From assembly GCF_032116555.1 (NCBI RefSeq), contig NZ_CP134949.1:3224001-3288000 (forward strand): 64,000 nt of DNA, read 5' to 3'. Shown here piece by piece: positions 50,240 through 59,740 of the stretch. The stretch comes from Halorarum halobium. GTDB taxonomy: Archaea > Halobacteriota > Halobacteria > Halobacteriales > Haloferacaceae. The notes under the pieces were generated by a model, which worked only from the letters and a program-made list of their open reading frames with translations, was not told the origin of the DNA and ran no database searches. The stretch's first letter is position 1. The number at the start of each line of letters is the position of its first letter. A program made the translations under genes and the position numbers.

Positions 50240-50918
50240 AGCCGTCCGCGACGGCCGCGAGGAGCCGCGCCGTGGCCGACACCGCCTCGCGGCGGTCGAC
50301 GACGCGGCAACCGTCTCGACGGCCGCGAGGAACCCGTCGACGACGAGAGCGACGCGGGATCGACGCCGGCGGCGTCGAGGACGTCGACGCTGTAGTACAC
50401 GGTGTCGACCCGGAAGGCCGCGACCGGGACGGCCCGGTAGCCGCCGTCTCGACGGCACGTCTCGTGGGCGACCGGCGGATGTGCGTCCGCCAGATCGCCG
50501 GTCCACGCGTCGTCGACGGCCGCCAGCGAGCCGTCGAACGGTGCCAGGTTTCCCCCCGGGACGGTTCCGACGGCTCCGGGCGGGTCGCCGCCCGCGATGC
50601 GCCGCCCGAGGCGGTCGTCGACGCCCACGTCCGCGACGGGTCGCACGTCCGTCGGGACGTCCGGGTGGGCGTCGCGAAACGACGCGGTGAACGACTCGCT
50701 CGCGAGCTGACCGGGGCCGGACATCCAGTTGTGCAGCACCTCGACCGGCGGGCGGTCGGATGGGGGGAATCGATTTCGGCCGCCGTCGCGAGCCCGGTCG
50801 GACCCGTCGAGCCGCCGTTCGAGGCACAGCCGACGAGGCTCGTGAGGCCACCCGTGGCGATGGTGGCCAGGAGTCCTCGTCGACGGGAGAGCCGCCGTGG
50901 CGTCGGGGAACCAGTCAT
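50240..50918 (-). pseudogene. Frameshifted, truncated sugar-type ABC substrate-binding lipoprotein
   Basis: Tat/lipobox SRRRGLL...LVGC in one frame, EVLHNW...GDPP...AVPV..YY..DVLDAAGVDP in a second and VDGFLAAVE in a third; 3' end approximate. Confidence 0.7.
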
Positions 50919-51234
50919 CTGTCCGTCAGGTTCGACGGGAGAGTACAAGCGTCCTGTGCCGGTGGCGACGAGGGAGGGAAACGAAACCGAGGAGCCGGGT
51001 ACGGGTGCCGACTCTCCCAGTGAAGGACTTCCGGACGGCGGGGGCGACGTCCTGAACTGCGGGGGACATCGTCCTGAAGTGCGGCGGAGGCGTCGTCTGT
51101 CCCGCGTTTCCGGTGGGAGTTCCGACCTCGAACCGCTCACAGCGGGTCGGGGTCGATTCCGGCCCGATCACACGGTTATTCTTCGTGATATTCGGGGGCG
51201 AACCCTTATTGAGCGCATCGGGGCTCATCGGTGT

Positions 51235-51930
51235 ATGCGCGTATCGAGCGGCGTCAGCGGGTTCGACGAGGTCGTCGACGGCGGGCTTCCCGCCGGGCGG
51301 CTCTACGTCGTCTGTGGTCCCCCCGGCAGCGGCAAAACGACGTTCTCCTCCCAGTTCCTGGCCGAGGGCGTCTCGCAGGGCGACCGCTGTCTGTTCGTCA
51401 GCATGCACGAGAGCGAGGCCGACCTGGAGGCCGACATGAGCGGCTACGACTTCGGCTTCTCCGAGGCGCTCGACTCCGGGCAGGTAACGTTCCTCGACGC
51501 CTTCTCGCAGGACGGCAAGCGCTTCTTCGGGATGCCGGGCGAGCGCAGGGACTCGAACACCATCAGCAACCGCATCACGTCGTTCGTCGAGTCGCGGGAC
51601 ATCGACCGGGTCGTTGTCGACTCGACGATGCTGCTCCGCTACTTCATCGACGACACGGACGACACGATGATCCAGTTCCTCTCCTCGCTCAAGCGGGCGA
51701 ACGCGACGACGTACCTCATCTCCGAGATGACCGATCCGTCCGCGTACGCCGACGAGCACTACCTCGCACACGGCGTCGTCTTCTTCCACAACTACATGGA
51801 GGACGACGGCATGACACGCGGCGTCCAGGTCGTGAAGATGCGGGGGGCCGACGTCGACACCGACATCCACGACCTCCGGTTCACTGATCGGGGACTGGTC
51901 GTCGCAACCGACCGGTCGGACGCCCGCTGA
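51235..51930 (+). CDS. KaiC/RAD55-family ATPase (single domain)
   Basis: RVSSGVSGFD, GPPGSGKTT, RVVVDS and VVKMRG motifs. Confidence 0.9.
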   Translation: MRVSSGVSGFDEVVDGGLPAGRLYVVCGPPGSGKTTFSSQFLAEGVSQGDRCLFVSMHESEADLEADMSGYDFGFSEALDSGQVTFLDAFSQDGKRFFGMPGERRDSNTISNRITSFVESRDIDRVVVDSTMLLRYFIDDTDDTMIQFLSSLKRANATTYLISEMTDPSAYADEHYLAHGVVFFHNYMEDDGMTRGVQVVKMRGADVDTDIHDLRFTDRGLVVATDRSDAR

Positions 51931-52388
51931 TGTACGAGGAGCGACTGGGAACCGACTGGGAGACGCTCTCGGAGGCGGAAGCCATCGACCGGGCGTTCGC
52001 GCTCGGCGTCGCCTCGGCGTTCGGCTACGAGAACGACGGGGAGTTCGAGCGGCTCCGGGACGTCCTCGACAGCTCCTACGATCGCAGTCTCATCGAACTC
52101 GCCTACAGAGAGGGTACACAGAAGGCGCTAGCATTACAAGGCAAAGTTCCGGCGAAGGACGACGTCTGGCGGCGGCTCGTGACCGAGGGGGAGGGGGCGG
52201 TCGCGCGCCTCTCGGCGGACGAGAGCGGCGTCCCCCACCCGGCGACCGAGCGCGGTCCGGCCGGGGAGCTTCCGTCGAACCTCGCCCGGGCCGACCTCCT
52301 CGAGGGGGGCGAGGACCTCGAAGCGCTCCAGTATCCCCGGTTCCTCGGACGGCGGTCGGACGGCGACGACGGGGACCGGGGGGAGTGA
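51930..52388 (+). CDS. Hypothetical protein coupled to the KaiC-like ATPase
   Basis: TGATG overlap with the upstream gene; RAFALGV..YDRSLIELAY motif. Confidence 0.75.
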   Translation: MYEERLGTDWETLSEAEAIDRAFALGVASAFGYENDGEFERLRDVLDSSYDRSLIELAYREGTQKALALQGKVPAKDDVWRRLVTEGEGAVARLSADESGVPHPATERGPAGELPSNLARADLLEGGEDLEALQYPRFLGRRSDGDDGDRGE

Positions 52389-52462
52389 CCCGCGATGTAC
52401 CCGAGAGGTCGATGAACGGGGTGTGGACAAAGGTTTTGAGCGTCCGCCGCCACCTCCGGGAC

Positions 52463-53089
52463 ATGGTGGAGGATTCCCCGCTTTCCGTCGATTCCCCCGG
52501 CCAGGGGGAGAGCCTCCTCATCGCCGGCCCTCCGATGACGGGGAAGTACGACCTGCTGTTCCGACTGCTCGGGTCGTCGATCGATCAAGGGATCGTCATC
52601 TCGACGGGCGACACCGCCGAGGACGTCCGCGCGGACTTCGCCGAGATCGGCGACCTCGACCCGGCAGCCGTCGGCGTCGTGGACTGCGTCTCCAAGCAGC
52701 GCGGCGTGAACACGCAGCCGGCCGACCGCACGCGGTACGTCTCCTCGCCCAAGAACGTCACCGAGATCGGGATGAAGTTCACCGACCTCTTCGAGGAGTA
52801 CCGGGAGTACGAGCCGCCGGTCGGCGTCGGCATCCACTCGCTCTCGGAGCTGCTGATGTATCTCGACCCCGAGGACGTCTACCAGTTCGTCCGCGTGCTC
52901 ACCAAACAGGCCGAGAGCGAGGGATGGTCGACCGTCGCGGTCCTCGGCTCGACGATGCACGACGAACAGACGCTCCACACGATGTACGAGCCGTTCGACA
53001 CGGTCGTCAACACGCGCGAGAACGACGGCTCCCGCGAGCTTCGCGTCCGGGACCGCTCGCGGGCCGCGACCGCCTGGACGACGTTCTGA
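52463..53089 (+). CDS. Divergent RecA/KaiC-superfamily protein
   Basis: GPPMTGK (degenerate P-loop), GVVDCVS and SLSELLMY motifs. Confidence 0.8.
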   Translation: MVEDSPLSVDSPGQGESLLIAGPPMTGKYDLLFRLLGSSIDQGIVISTGDTAEDVRADFAEIGDLDPAAVGVVDCVSKQRGVNTQPADRTRYVSSPKNVTEIGMKFTDLFEEYREYEPPVGVGIHSLSELLMYLDPEDVYQFVRVLTKQAESEGWSTVAVLGSTMHDEQTLHTMYEPFDTVVNTRENDGSRELRVRDRSRAATAWTTF

Positions 53090-53134
53090 CCGCCGCGTCG
53101 CCCGGCGGTTTTCACGATTCGAGCGGCGGGGCGA

Positions 53135-53440
53135 TCAGTCCGCCGTGATCCAGACGAGAAAGCCGACCGCCAGCGTCTCGACCACGTGGACCGCCATCGT
53201 GGCCCGCCACACGACCGGCGGCACGGCAGTCGCGTACCAGGCCGACAGCGTCGGGTCGACCGCATAGTAGTACAGCGAGGTGGCATTCTCCGCGAGCAGT
53301 AACAGCCCGAACAGCACCAGTCCGAGCGGGTGTTTCGTTCGGAAGCGGACGTAGTTCCGCCCCCACACGACACAGAGCCCGGCGAGCAGCACCACGTTCA
53401 GCCCGGCGGCCGCGAGGGCGACGGTCGACCAGCCGCTCAT
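53135..53440 (-). CDS. Three-TM membrane protein (intact paralogue of 23732..24046)
   Basis: LNVVLL..L..VWGRNY..FRTKHPLGL..F..LLLAENA. Confidence 0.8.
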   Translation of the reverse strand: MSGWSTVALAAAGLNVVLLAGLCVVWGRNYVRFRTKHPLGLVLFGLLLLAENATSLYYYAVDPTLSAWYATAVPPVVWRATMAVHVVETLAVGFLVWITAD

Positions 53441-53557
53441 CGGGCCGCTCCCCCCCGCTGTCGCGTCGGCGATCCGGTTCGATCAGGTGTCATGGCTGTG
53501 GTGCTGCCGTCGGCCGGGGTCGTCGGTGGTGTCAGTACGGTCGTCGGATCGGTGCGG

Positions 53558-53623
53558 TCGGCACGGTCTGCCCGGCCGGGGGGGTCGGCACGGTCTGCAT
53601 GGTCGGCCGATCGGCACGGTCTG
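53558..53623. repeat. Three copies of a 13-bp direct repeat
   Basis: TCGGCACGGTCTG at 53558, 53585 and 53611. Confidence 0.7.
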
Positions 53624-53777
53624 ACCGGTCCGTGCGGCCGGGACGGTGGAGTTCGCTGGCACGGTTCGATCGACGCCGGAACCCGACGGGTGCGCGGGGA
53701 GTGGCGCGGTGTGAGCCGGCGAGCGTGTCCCGGCGAGGGCCAAAGCGGGAGGCGGGGAACGGTCGCCGACGGGCCCG

Positions 53778-54511
53778 TTACCCCTCGACGATGAACTGGC
53801 CGGCGACCTCGGTGACCTCGTCCATCATCATCGGCTCGTCCACGCCGTCGGGGAACGGCGAGCTGACGTTCAGCTCGTTCAGGAACGCCGCGTGGCGCGC
53901 CTCGACGCTGTGGATCCCGATGGCGGCCGAGAAGATGGCGTCGTTCGAGACGGTCCCGGCGGCCCCGGCGTAGGCCGCGACGCCGGTGTTCTCCAGCGCC
54001 TTGGCGACCGCGAGGAACTCCGAGGGCGTCTCGTAGCCGAAGTCGTACTCGGCCTCGCCGACGGGCTCGCCGCCCAGGTCCTCGACGGTCGCGGCGATCG
54101 CCTCGACGTGGGCCGCATCGTGTGCGCCCACCGTCTTCAGGTGCTCGGGGACGTCCATGCGGACGGCCTCGCCGAAGTTCGAGAGCACGTCCGCCCCCAT
54201 CAGTTCGTCGTCGGCGAACGTGTCGAGGCCCTCGCGGTAGAACGCGTTCTCCAGGTGTTCGAGCGCGAGCGCGTAGTTGAGGTCGGGACGTCGGGGTTCG
54301 TGGGCACGGGCGTGTCGGTCGGCTCCTCGGTGGGCGCGTCCGTCGGGGTGTCCACCGGCTCGTCGGTCGGGGACGGCGTGTCGGCCTCGCCGCCCGCACA
54401 GCCGGCCAGTCCGACCGCCGCGAGCGTGGCACCCGCGCCGACGACGCGTCGGCGCGTGAGGTCGGTCCGTCCGGTCGTCGTCGCGTCGGGAGTGGTGTCG
54501 TCCGGGGTCAT
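53778..54511 (-). pseudogene. Tat-exported ferritin-like lipoprotein gene with a single frameshift
   Basis: TRRRVV..LAGC plus a P/T-rich linker in one frame; LNYALALEHLENAFY, ALENTGVAAY and VEARH in another; shift near 54283. Confidence 0.8.
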
Positions 54512-54605
54512 GTTCCACTCACGTCGTCGGCGAAGCCACACAAGAGGAATTTCCGAGTTCCGACGGCACTGCGACCGGACTCCGTTCGGGTTGTCACCGA
54601 ACGCC

Positions 54606-54630
54606 CTCCGAACTCTCTCCAAAATTCGTC
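54606..54630. promoter_or_regulatory. Putative operator motif, copy 2
   Basis: CTCCGAACTCTCTCCAAAATTCGTC about 95 bp upstream of the ferritin-like gene; matches 23472-23496. Confidence 0.5.
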
Positions 54631-54681
54631 CCCACGAGCGTCGCCGACGAACTCGCGCGCACCGACGAGCGCGCCGGCCGG

Positions 54682-55383
54682 TCAGAACTCGGTTCCCTTC
54701 CGGGCCCGCTGGCCCGCGTCGATGGGGTGCTTCTCCTTGCGCACGTTGGTGACGAGGTCGGCGTGATCAAGGAGGTACTCGGGCCGGTTGTGGCTCCCGG
54801 TCATGACGAGTTCGAGGTGGTCGGGCTTCTCCTCGACCAGCGTCACGACCTCCGCCTCGTCGACGAGGCCGTGGTCGGCGGCGTACAGGATCTCGTCGAG
54901 GACGAGCAGATGCACCCCGGCCTCCGGCTCTCCATCCGGGGGAAGCGGCTCGGTCAGGTCGGCGTCGCCGGCCGCCCGCAGGAGCTCCCGGGCGCGCTCG
55001 TAGCCGGCCCGGGCCTCGGTCCGGTGGGAGTCCTCCTCGGAGCCGTCCCGCATCCCGTGCCAGCCGTAGTGGCCGAGGTTCTCGTAGGAGAAGCCGGGCA
55101 TCGCCTCGATGGCGTTGTACTCGCCGCGGACGGCCTCGACGCTGTCGGCGCCGCCCTTCATGAACTGGAGCATGTGGACCCGGTAGCCGTGACCGGCCGC
55201 GCGAAAGCCCATCCCCATGGCGGCGGTCGTCTTGCCTTTGCCGTCGCCCCACCAGGCCTGCGTCAGCCCGAACTCGGGCGGGGCGCCCGGCTCGATGGGA
55301 TGAGCGCCTGGTTTCACGCCGCCGCCTGGTGTGCGTTTGCGAACCTGGTCCGGATCGGTCGGAGCGTCGTTCGTGTCGGTCAT
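54682..55383 (-). CDS. cobO: Cob(I)yrinic acid a,c-diamide adenosyltransferase (CobO/BtuR)
   Basis: GDGKGKTTAA.G, QFMKG, LDEI and KHP...G.EF motifs. Confidence 0.92.
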   Translation of the reverse strand: MTDTNDAPTDPDQVRKRTPGGGVKPGAHPIEPGAPPEFGLTQAWWGDGKGKTTAAMGMGFRAAGHGYRVHMLQFMKGGADSVEAVRGEYNAIEAMPGFSYENLGHYGWHGMRDGSEEDSHRTEARAGYERARELLRAAGDADLTEPLPPDGEPEAGVHLLVLDEILYAADHGLVDEAEVVTLVEEKPDHLELVMTGSHNRPEYLLDHADLVTNVRKEKHPIDAGQRARKGTEF

Positions 55384-56690
55384 GGTTGGTTGTCGAGTGA
55401 GTCGAGGAAGTCGTCGAACGCGCCGCTCTCGGCGTGGACGTGGCTGTACGTTCCGAGGGTCGCGTACTCGGTCACCCCGTCGTGCTCGCCGTCGATGCCG
55501 GTTCCGCGGCGGACGTCGAACGCGAACGAGGCGTCCCGCGCGACGTCGGCGCTGGAGTAGTGGAACTCGTGGCCCCGGATCCGGTCGCCGCGCGCCGCGG
55601 TGAGCGTGTCGGTCGTCGCCTCCAGCGTGACGTGGTCGAGCGCCCGGTACCGGTCGTGCATCGTGACCTCGACCGGGAGCACCCCGGCCATCCCGTGGGT
55701 GTCGCCCCCGGCCGTCGTCAGCGACTCGGCGAGCGCCATCAGGCCGCCGCACTCGCCGTACACCGGCAGGCCCTCGGCCGCCCGGTCGTGCAGCGAGCGG
55801 AGCGCCGGGCTCGCGGCGAGCGCGTCGGCGTGGAGTTCCGGGTAGCCGCCCGGCAGGTAGACGCCGTCGCAGTCGGGAAGCTCCGCGTCGGCCGTCGGGG
55901 CGAACGTCACGACCTCGGCGCGGTCGCGGAGCCGCTCGACCGTCGCTGGGTAGCTGAACCGGAACGCGTCGTCCCGGGCGACCGCGACCCGGCGGCCGGT
56001 CCGGGACGGCGGTTCGCGGGGATCGGGCCGCGGCGGCTCCCGCGCGAGCGCGGCGAGCGCGCCGACGTCGAGGTGGGCGGCGGCGTCCGCCAGCGCGTCC
56101 TCGTCGACCGGATGTTCCGCGCCCATGTGGAGCCCGAGGTGGCGGTCCGGAATCTCCAGCCCCTCGGCCGGGGGGATCCGACCGAAGTACGCCAGCCCGT
56201 CGGGGAGCGCCTCGCGGATCCCCCGCTCGTGTCGCCCGCCGTGGGCCCGCGCCGCGATGATCCCCGCGACGTCGACGTCTCGACCGGTCCGCTCGGCGTA
56301 GGATCGAAAGCCGAGCGCCGTCGCGGCGACGCTCTCCATCCCGGCGCTCGCGTCGACCACGAGCACGACCGGCAGGTCGAGCGCCTCGGCCACCGTCGCC
56401 GTGCTCGACGCGTCGCCGTCGTACAGTCCCATGACGCCCTCGACGAGACACACCTCGCCGTCGCCCCGATAGTAGTTCCGGCGGGTGCCCGCGACGCCCT
56501 CCAGCCAGACGTCCAGCGTCCGGGACGGCCGCCCCGCGATGGCGGCGTGGTGGCTTGGGTCGATGAAGTCCGGCCCGGCCTTGGCGGGCTGGACCGAGTG
56601 GCCCGCGTCCTCGAACGCCCTGATGGCCGCGAGGGTCGCCACGGTCTTGCCGACGCCCGACGCGGTGCCCGCGACGACGAGCCCGTTCAT
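55380..56690 (-). CDS. cbiA: Cobyrinate a,c-diamide synthase
   Basis: SGVGKT, KAGPDFIDP, EGVMGLYDG, GGYPELH, GECGG and GHEFHYS motifs. Confidence 0.95.
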   Translation of the reverse strand: MNGLVVAGTASGVGKTVATLAAIRAFEDAGHSVQPAKAGPDFIDPSHHAAIAGRPSRTLDVWLEGVAGTRRNYYRGDGEVCLVEGVMGLYDGDASSTATVAEALDLPVVLVVDASAGMESVAATALGFRSYAERTGRDVDVAGIIAARAHGGRHERGIREALPDGLAYFGRIPPAEGLEIPDRHLGLHMGAEHPVDEDALADAAAHLDVGALAALAREPPRPDPREPPSRTGRRVAVARDDAFRFSYPATVERLRDRAEVVTFAPTADAELPDCDGVYLPGGYPELHADALAASPALRSLHDRAAEGLPVYGECGGLMALAESLTTAGGDTHGMAGVLPVEVTMHDRYRALDHVTLEATTDTLTAARGDRIRGHEFHYSSADVARDASFAFDVRRGTGIDGEHDGVTEYATLGTYSHVHAESGAFDDFLDSLDNQP

Positions 56691-57433
56691 CGCCGCCCCC
56701 GCACGACCACGACCGACAGGTCACAGAACGCCGAGTCGCCGTCACCGTCGGCGGTGGAGTCGGTCGCGGCCAGTTCCGCGAGCGTCGTCCGCGTACACGC
56801 CTCGTCCTCGAACGTCAGGCGCTCGTGGACGTGGACCGGGAGCGAGCCGTCGACGCCCCGGCCGACGAGCACGGACGCGATCCGCTCTGGCATGTAATCG
56901 AACGGGCGCGGGAGGAGCAGCAGGTTTCGGTCGCCCGCCTCCCGGACGAGACGGTCGAACGCCCCGTCGAGGTCGCCCCGCGCGTGCAGGGTCACGACGG
57001 TCGAGGACTCGAACGGCGTCCGCGACCTGCTCGCGGCCACCTGGACCGACGAGACGCCGGGTGTCACCCGAACCGGTCGGTCGACCGCCCGTTCGACCTT
57101 CCCGAGGAACGCGTAGCCCGAAACGTTCGGGTCGCCCATGAGCGCGGCCGCGCCGGCCTCCCCGTCCTCGACGCGGTCGGCGAAGGCGGCAAGCCGGTCC
57201 GCCTCGGTGTCGTACGTACACGAGAGGACGTCGGCGTCGGTCAGGTGCCGGACGCGGTCGAGCACGGTCTCGAAGCCGACGAGGACGTCGGCGCTCTCGA
57301 GGATCGATCTCGCCCGGGGATGCAGGTAGGACGGGTTTCCTGGACCGATCCCGAACGCCGAAACCGGGCGCTCGGGCGACTCCTCTTCCGGTTCGGTGGC
57401 GAACTGACGGGGAGCGGGCTCCGGCGCCGTCAT
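56687..57433 (-). CDS. cbiE: Cobalt-precorrin-7 C5-methyltransferase
   Basis: GIGPGN, MGDPNVSG, PGVSS and ERLT..DE motifs; cob cluster context. Confidence 0.8.
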   Translation of the reverse strand: MTAPEPAPRQFATEPEEESPERPVSAFGIGPGNPSYLHPRARSILESADVLVGFETVLDRVRHLTDADVLSCTYDTEADRLAAFADRVEDGEAGAAALMGDPNVSGYAFLGKVERAVDRPVRVTPGVSSVQVAASRSRTPFESSTVVTLHARGDLDGAFDRLVREAGDRNLLLLPRPFDYMPERIASVLVGRGVDGSLPVHVHERLTFEDEACTRTTLAELAATDSTADGDGDSAFCDLSVVVVRGRR

Positions 57434-57592
57434 CCGAGCCACCACCCGGCCGTTCGCGGGACCCGCGCCATACGGTTCAAATGCGCTTGCATTAGTAAAA
57501 TAAGTATTGCGTTGGTGGACGCGACCGCCGGGCGACTAGCAGCAAGCGAGGCTCTCGGATGCGAGTGTCGCCACCGAGTCGCCGGGGACCGT

Positions 57593-59740
57593 CTATCCCG
57601 CGGGCCGGTTCGGGCGGTCGAACACGTCCCGCACGGTCTCGGAGATTCCGGCCGACTCGAGGTCGTCGAGCCGGTGGTAGCTCGCCCCCATCCGGTCGGC
57701 GATCTCCCCGACGAGCCCCATCCGGACCGGGCCGGTTTCGGTGTCGAAACAGATCGCCGGCACCCGGTCGTCGCCGATCCGCGTCGCCCGCGCCATGGCG
57801 TCCTCGACCGGCGACGCCGACCCCCCGGGGCCGGTCGGTCGGCCGTCGGTGACGAGAACGAGTAGCGGGGCCAGCGCGTCGTTCGTCCGCCGCTCGCGCT
57901 CGACCAGCCGGTGGCCGCGTTCGAGCCCCGCCGCCAGCGGGGTCCGGCCGCCCGTCGGCATGTCGGCCAGTTCGCGCGCCGCACGGCTCACGCTCGCGGT
58001 CGGCGAGAGCAGGGTCTCGGCCCCGTCCTCCCGAAACCCGACCAGGCTCACGGCGTCCCGGTTCTGGTAGGCGTCCTCCAGCAGCGACAGGACCGCCCCC
58101 TTGACCGCCGACATCCGCCGGTAGGCCCCCATCGATCCGCTGGCGTCGACCACGAACACGACGAGGTTCCGGACGCGCCCCAGTCGCTCCTTCTCGCGCA
58201 GGTCTGACGCCCGGAGGGACACGGCCGTCCCCCCGTCGTCGGACGACTGCCGCGCGGCCTGGTGGGGCGCGGCCGCCCGGAGGGTCGCGTCGAGCGCGAC
58301 GTCGCCCGCCTTCCCTCTGGGCCGGCGAGCGCGGTGGTACGCGCCCCGCCCGTCGTCCGCGACCGTCCGCGTCCGGCCGCCCTGTCCGGCGGGGTCGGGG
58401 AGGTCGACCCGCGCGTCCGGCTCCGGGTCCGGGGGCTCGATCCCCCCGGAGATCGGGAACACCTCGTCGCCCGAGGACCCGTCCCCTTCGCCGTCCTCGT
58501 CCGTGCTGCTGCCGCCGGCCGCGTCGGTGTCGTCACCAGCAGCATCCCCGCCAGTGTCGGCGGTCGCCTCGTCATCGTCGGTGCCGTCTCCACCGCCGTC
58601 GTCGGGCCCGGCGGCGTCGTCGCCGCCGTCCGCCCCCCCGTCCGACGCGGAACTCGGGGGGTCGACGTCCGGGAGGTCGTCGGGAGACGGCTTGTCGGGG
58701 GAGTCCGGGGACCGTTCGTCGTCCGACTCGCCGTCGTCGGACGGGTCGGGGCCGCCGGGGGTCCGCGAGGACCGCGACCCCGCGCGGTGCCCGAGCGCGA
58801 GTTCGGCCGCGCGCTCGACGTGCTCGTCCCTGACCGTCCGCGCCCCGTCGAGCGCCGCCAGCGCGGTGGCCGTCCGGTGGGTGACGATGTCGGCCCGCAG
58901 CCCGTCGACGTCGTGGTCGAGACACAGCCCGACGATGCGGTCGAGCTGTTCGTCGCCGAGGGTCACGTCGTCGACGAGCCCCCGCGCCGTCTCGATGCGC
59001 TCGGCGTGGTCAGCCTCCCGCTCCCGCCAGTCCGCGAGCATCCGGTCCGGCTCGGCGTCGTACCGGGTCCGGCGACGGACCACGGCCTTGCGGTCCTCGG
59101 CGTCCATCCCGCGGTCCATGTCCACGGACAGCCCGAACCGGTCGAGCAGTTGCGGGCGCAGTTCGCCCTCCTCCGGGTTCATCGTCCCGACGAGGAGCAC
59201 GTTCGCCGGGTGCTCGACCGAGACCCCTTCCCGCTCGACGCGGTTGGTCCCCGACGCGACGGCGTCGAGGAGCACGTCGATCAGGTGGTCCCCGAGCAGG
59301 TTCACCTCGTCGACGTAGAGGATGCCGCGGTTCGCGCGGGCGAGCAGCCCCGGCTCGAACGAGCGCTCCCCCTCCTTGATCGCGGTCTCGATGTCGATCG
59401 TCCCGAGCACGCGGTCCTCAGTGGCCCCGATCGGCAGGTCGACGAACGGCGTCCGGATCTCCTCGACGAGGTCGGGGCGGTCAGCGAAGTCCCGCCCCGC
59501 GCAGCGCTCGCACTGTAACTCGGGGTCGTCGGGCGAGCAGTTGTACGGGCAGTCGGCCACCGACCGGATCCGGGGGAGCAGGTGCGCCAGGCTGCGCACG
59601 GCCGTCGACTTCGCCGTCCCGCGGGTGCCCGAGATCAACACCCCGCCGACGTCCGGCTGGACGGCGTTACACAGCAGCGCGTCCTTCATGTCCGCCTGCC
59701 CGACGACCGCCGAGAACGGGAAGTACGTCGAGTCGGTCAT
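57593..59740 (-). CDS. ChlI/ChlD-like AAA+ and vWA chelatase subunit (partner of CobN)
   Basis: FPFSAVVGQ, GTAKST, LYVDEVN and RPQLLDRF motifs; vWA DASGSM. Confidence 0.9.
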   Translation of the reverse strand: MTDSTYFPFSAVVGQADMKDALLCNAVQPDVGGVLISGTRGTAKSTAVRSLAHLLPRIRSVADCPYNCSPDDPELQCERCAGRDFADRPDLVEEIRTPFVDLPIGATEDRVLGTIDIETAIKEGERSFEPGLLARANRGILYVDEVNLLGDHLIDVLLDAVASGTNRVEREGVSVEHPANVLLVGTMNPEEGELRPQLLDRFGLSVDMDRGMDAEDRKAVVRRRTRYDAEPDRMLADWREREADHAERIETARGLVDDVTLGDEQLDRIVGLCLDHDVDGLRADIVTHRTATALAALDGARTVRDEHVERAAELALGHRAGSRSSRTPGGPDPSDDGESDDERSPDSPDKPSPDDLPDVDPPSSASDGGADGGDDAAGPDDGGGDGTDDDEATADTGGDAAGDDTDAAGGSSTDEDGEGDGSSGDEVFPISGGIEPPDPEPDARVDLPDPAGQGGRTRTVADDGRGAYHRARRPRGKAGDVALDATLRAAAPHQAARQSSDDGGTAVSLRASDLREKERLGRVRNLVVFVVDASGSMGAYRRMSAVKGAVLSLLEDAYQNRDAVSLVGFREDGAETLLSPTASVSRAARELADMPTGGRTPLAAGLERGHRLVERERRTNDALAPLLVLVTDGRPTGPGGSASPVEDAMARATRIGDDRVPAICFDTETGPVRMGLVGEIADRMGASYHRLDDLESAGISETVRDVFDRPNRPAG

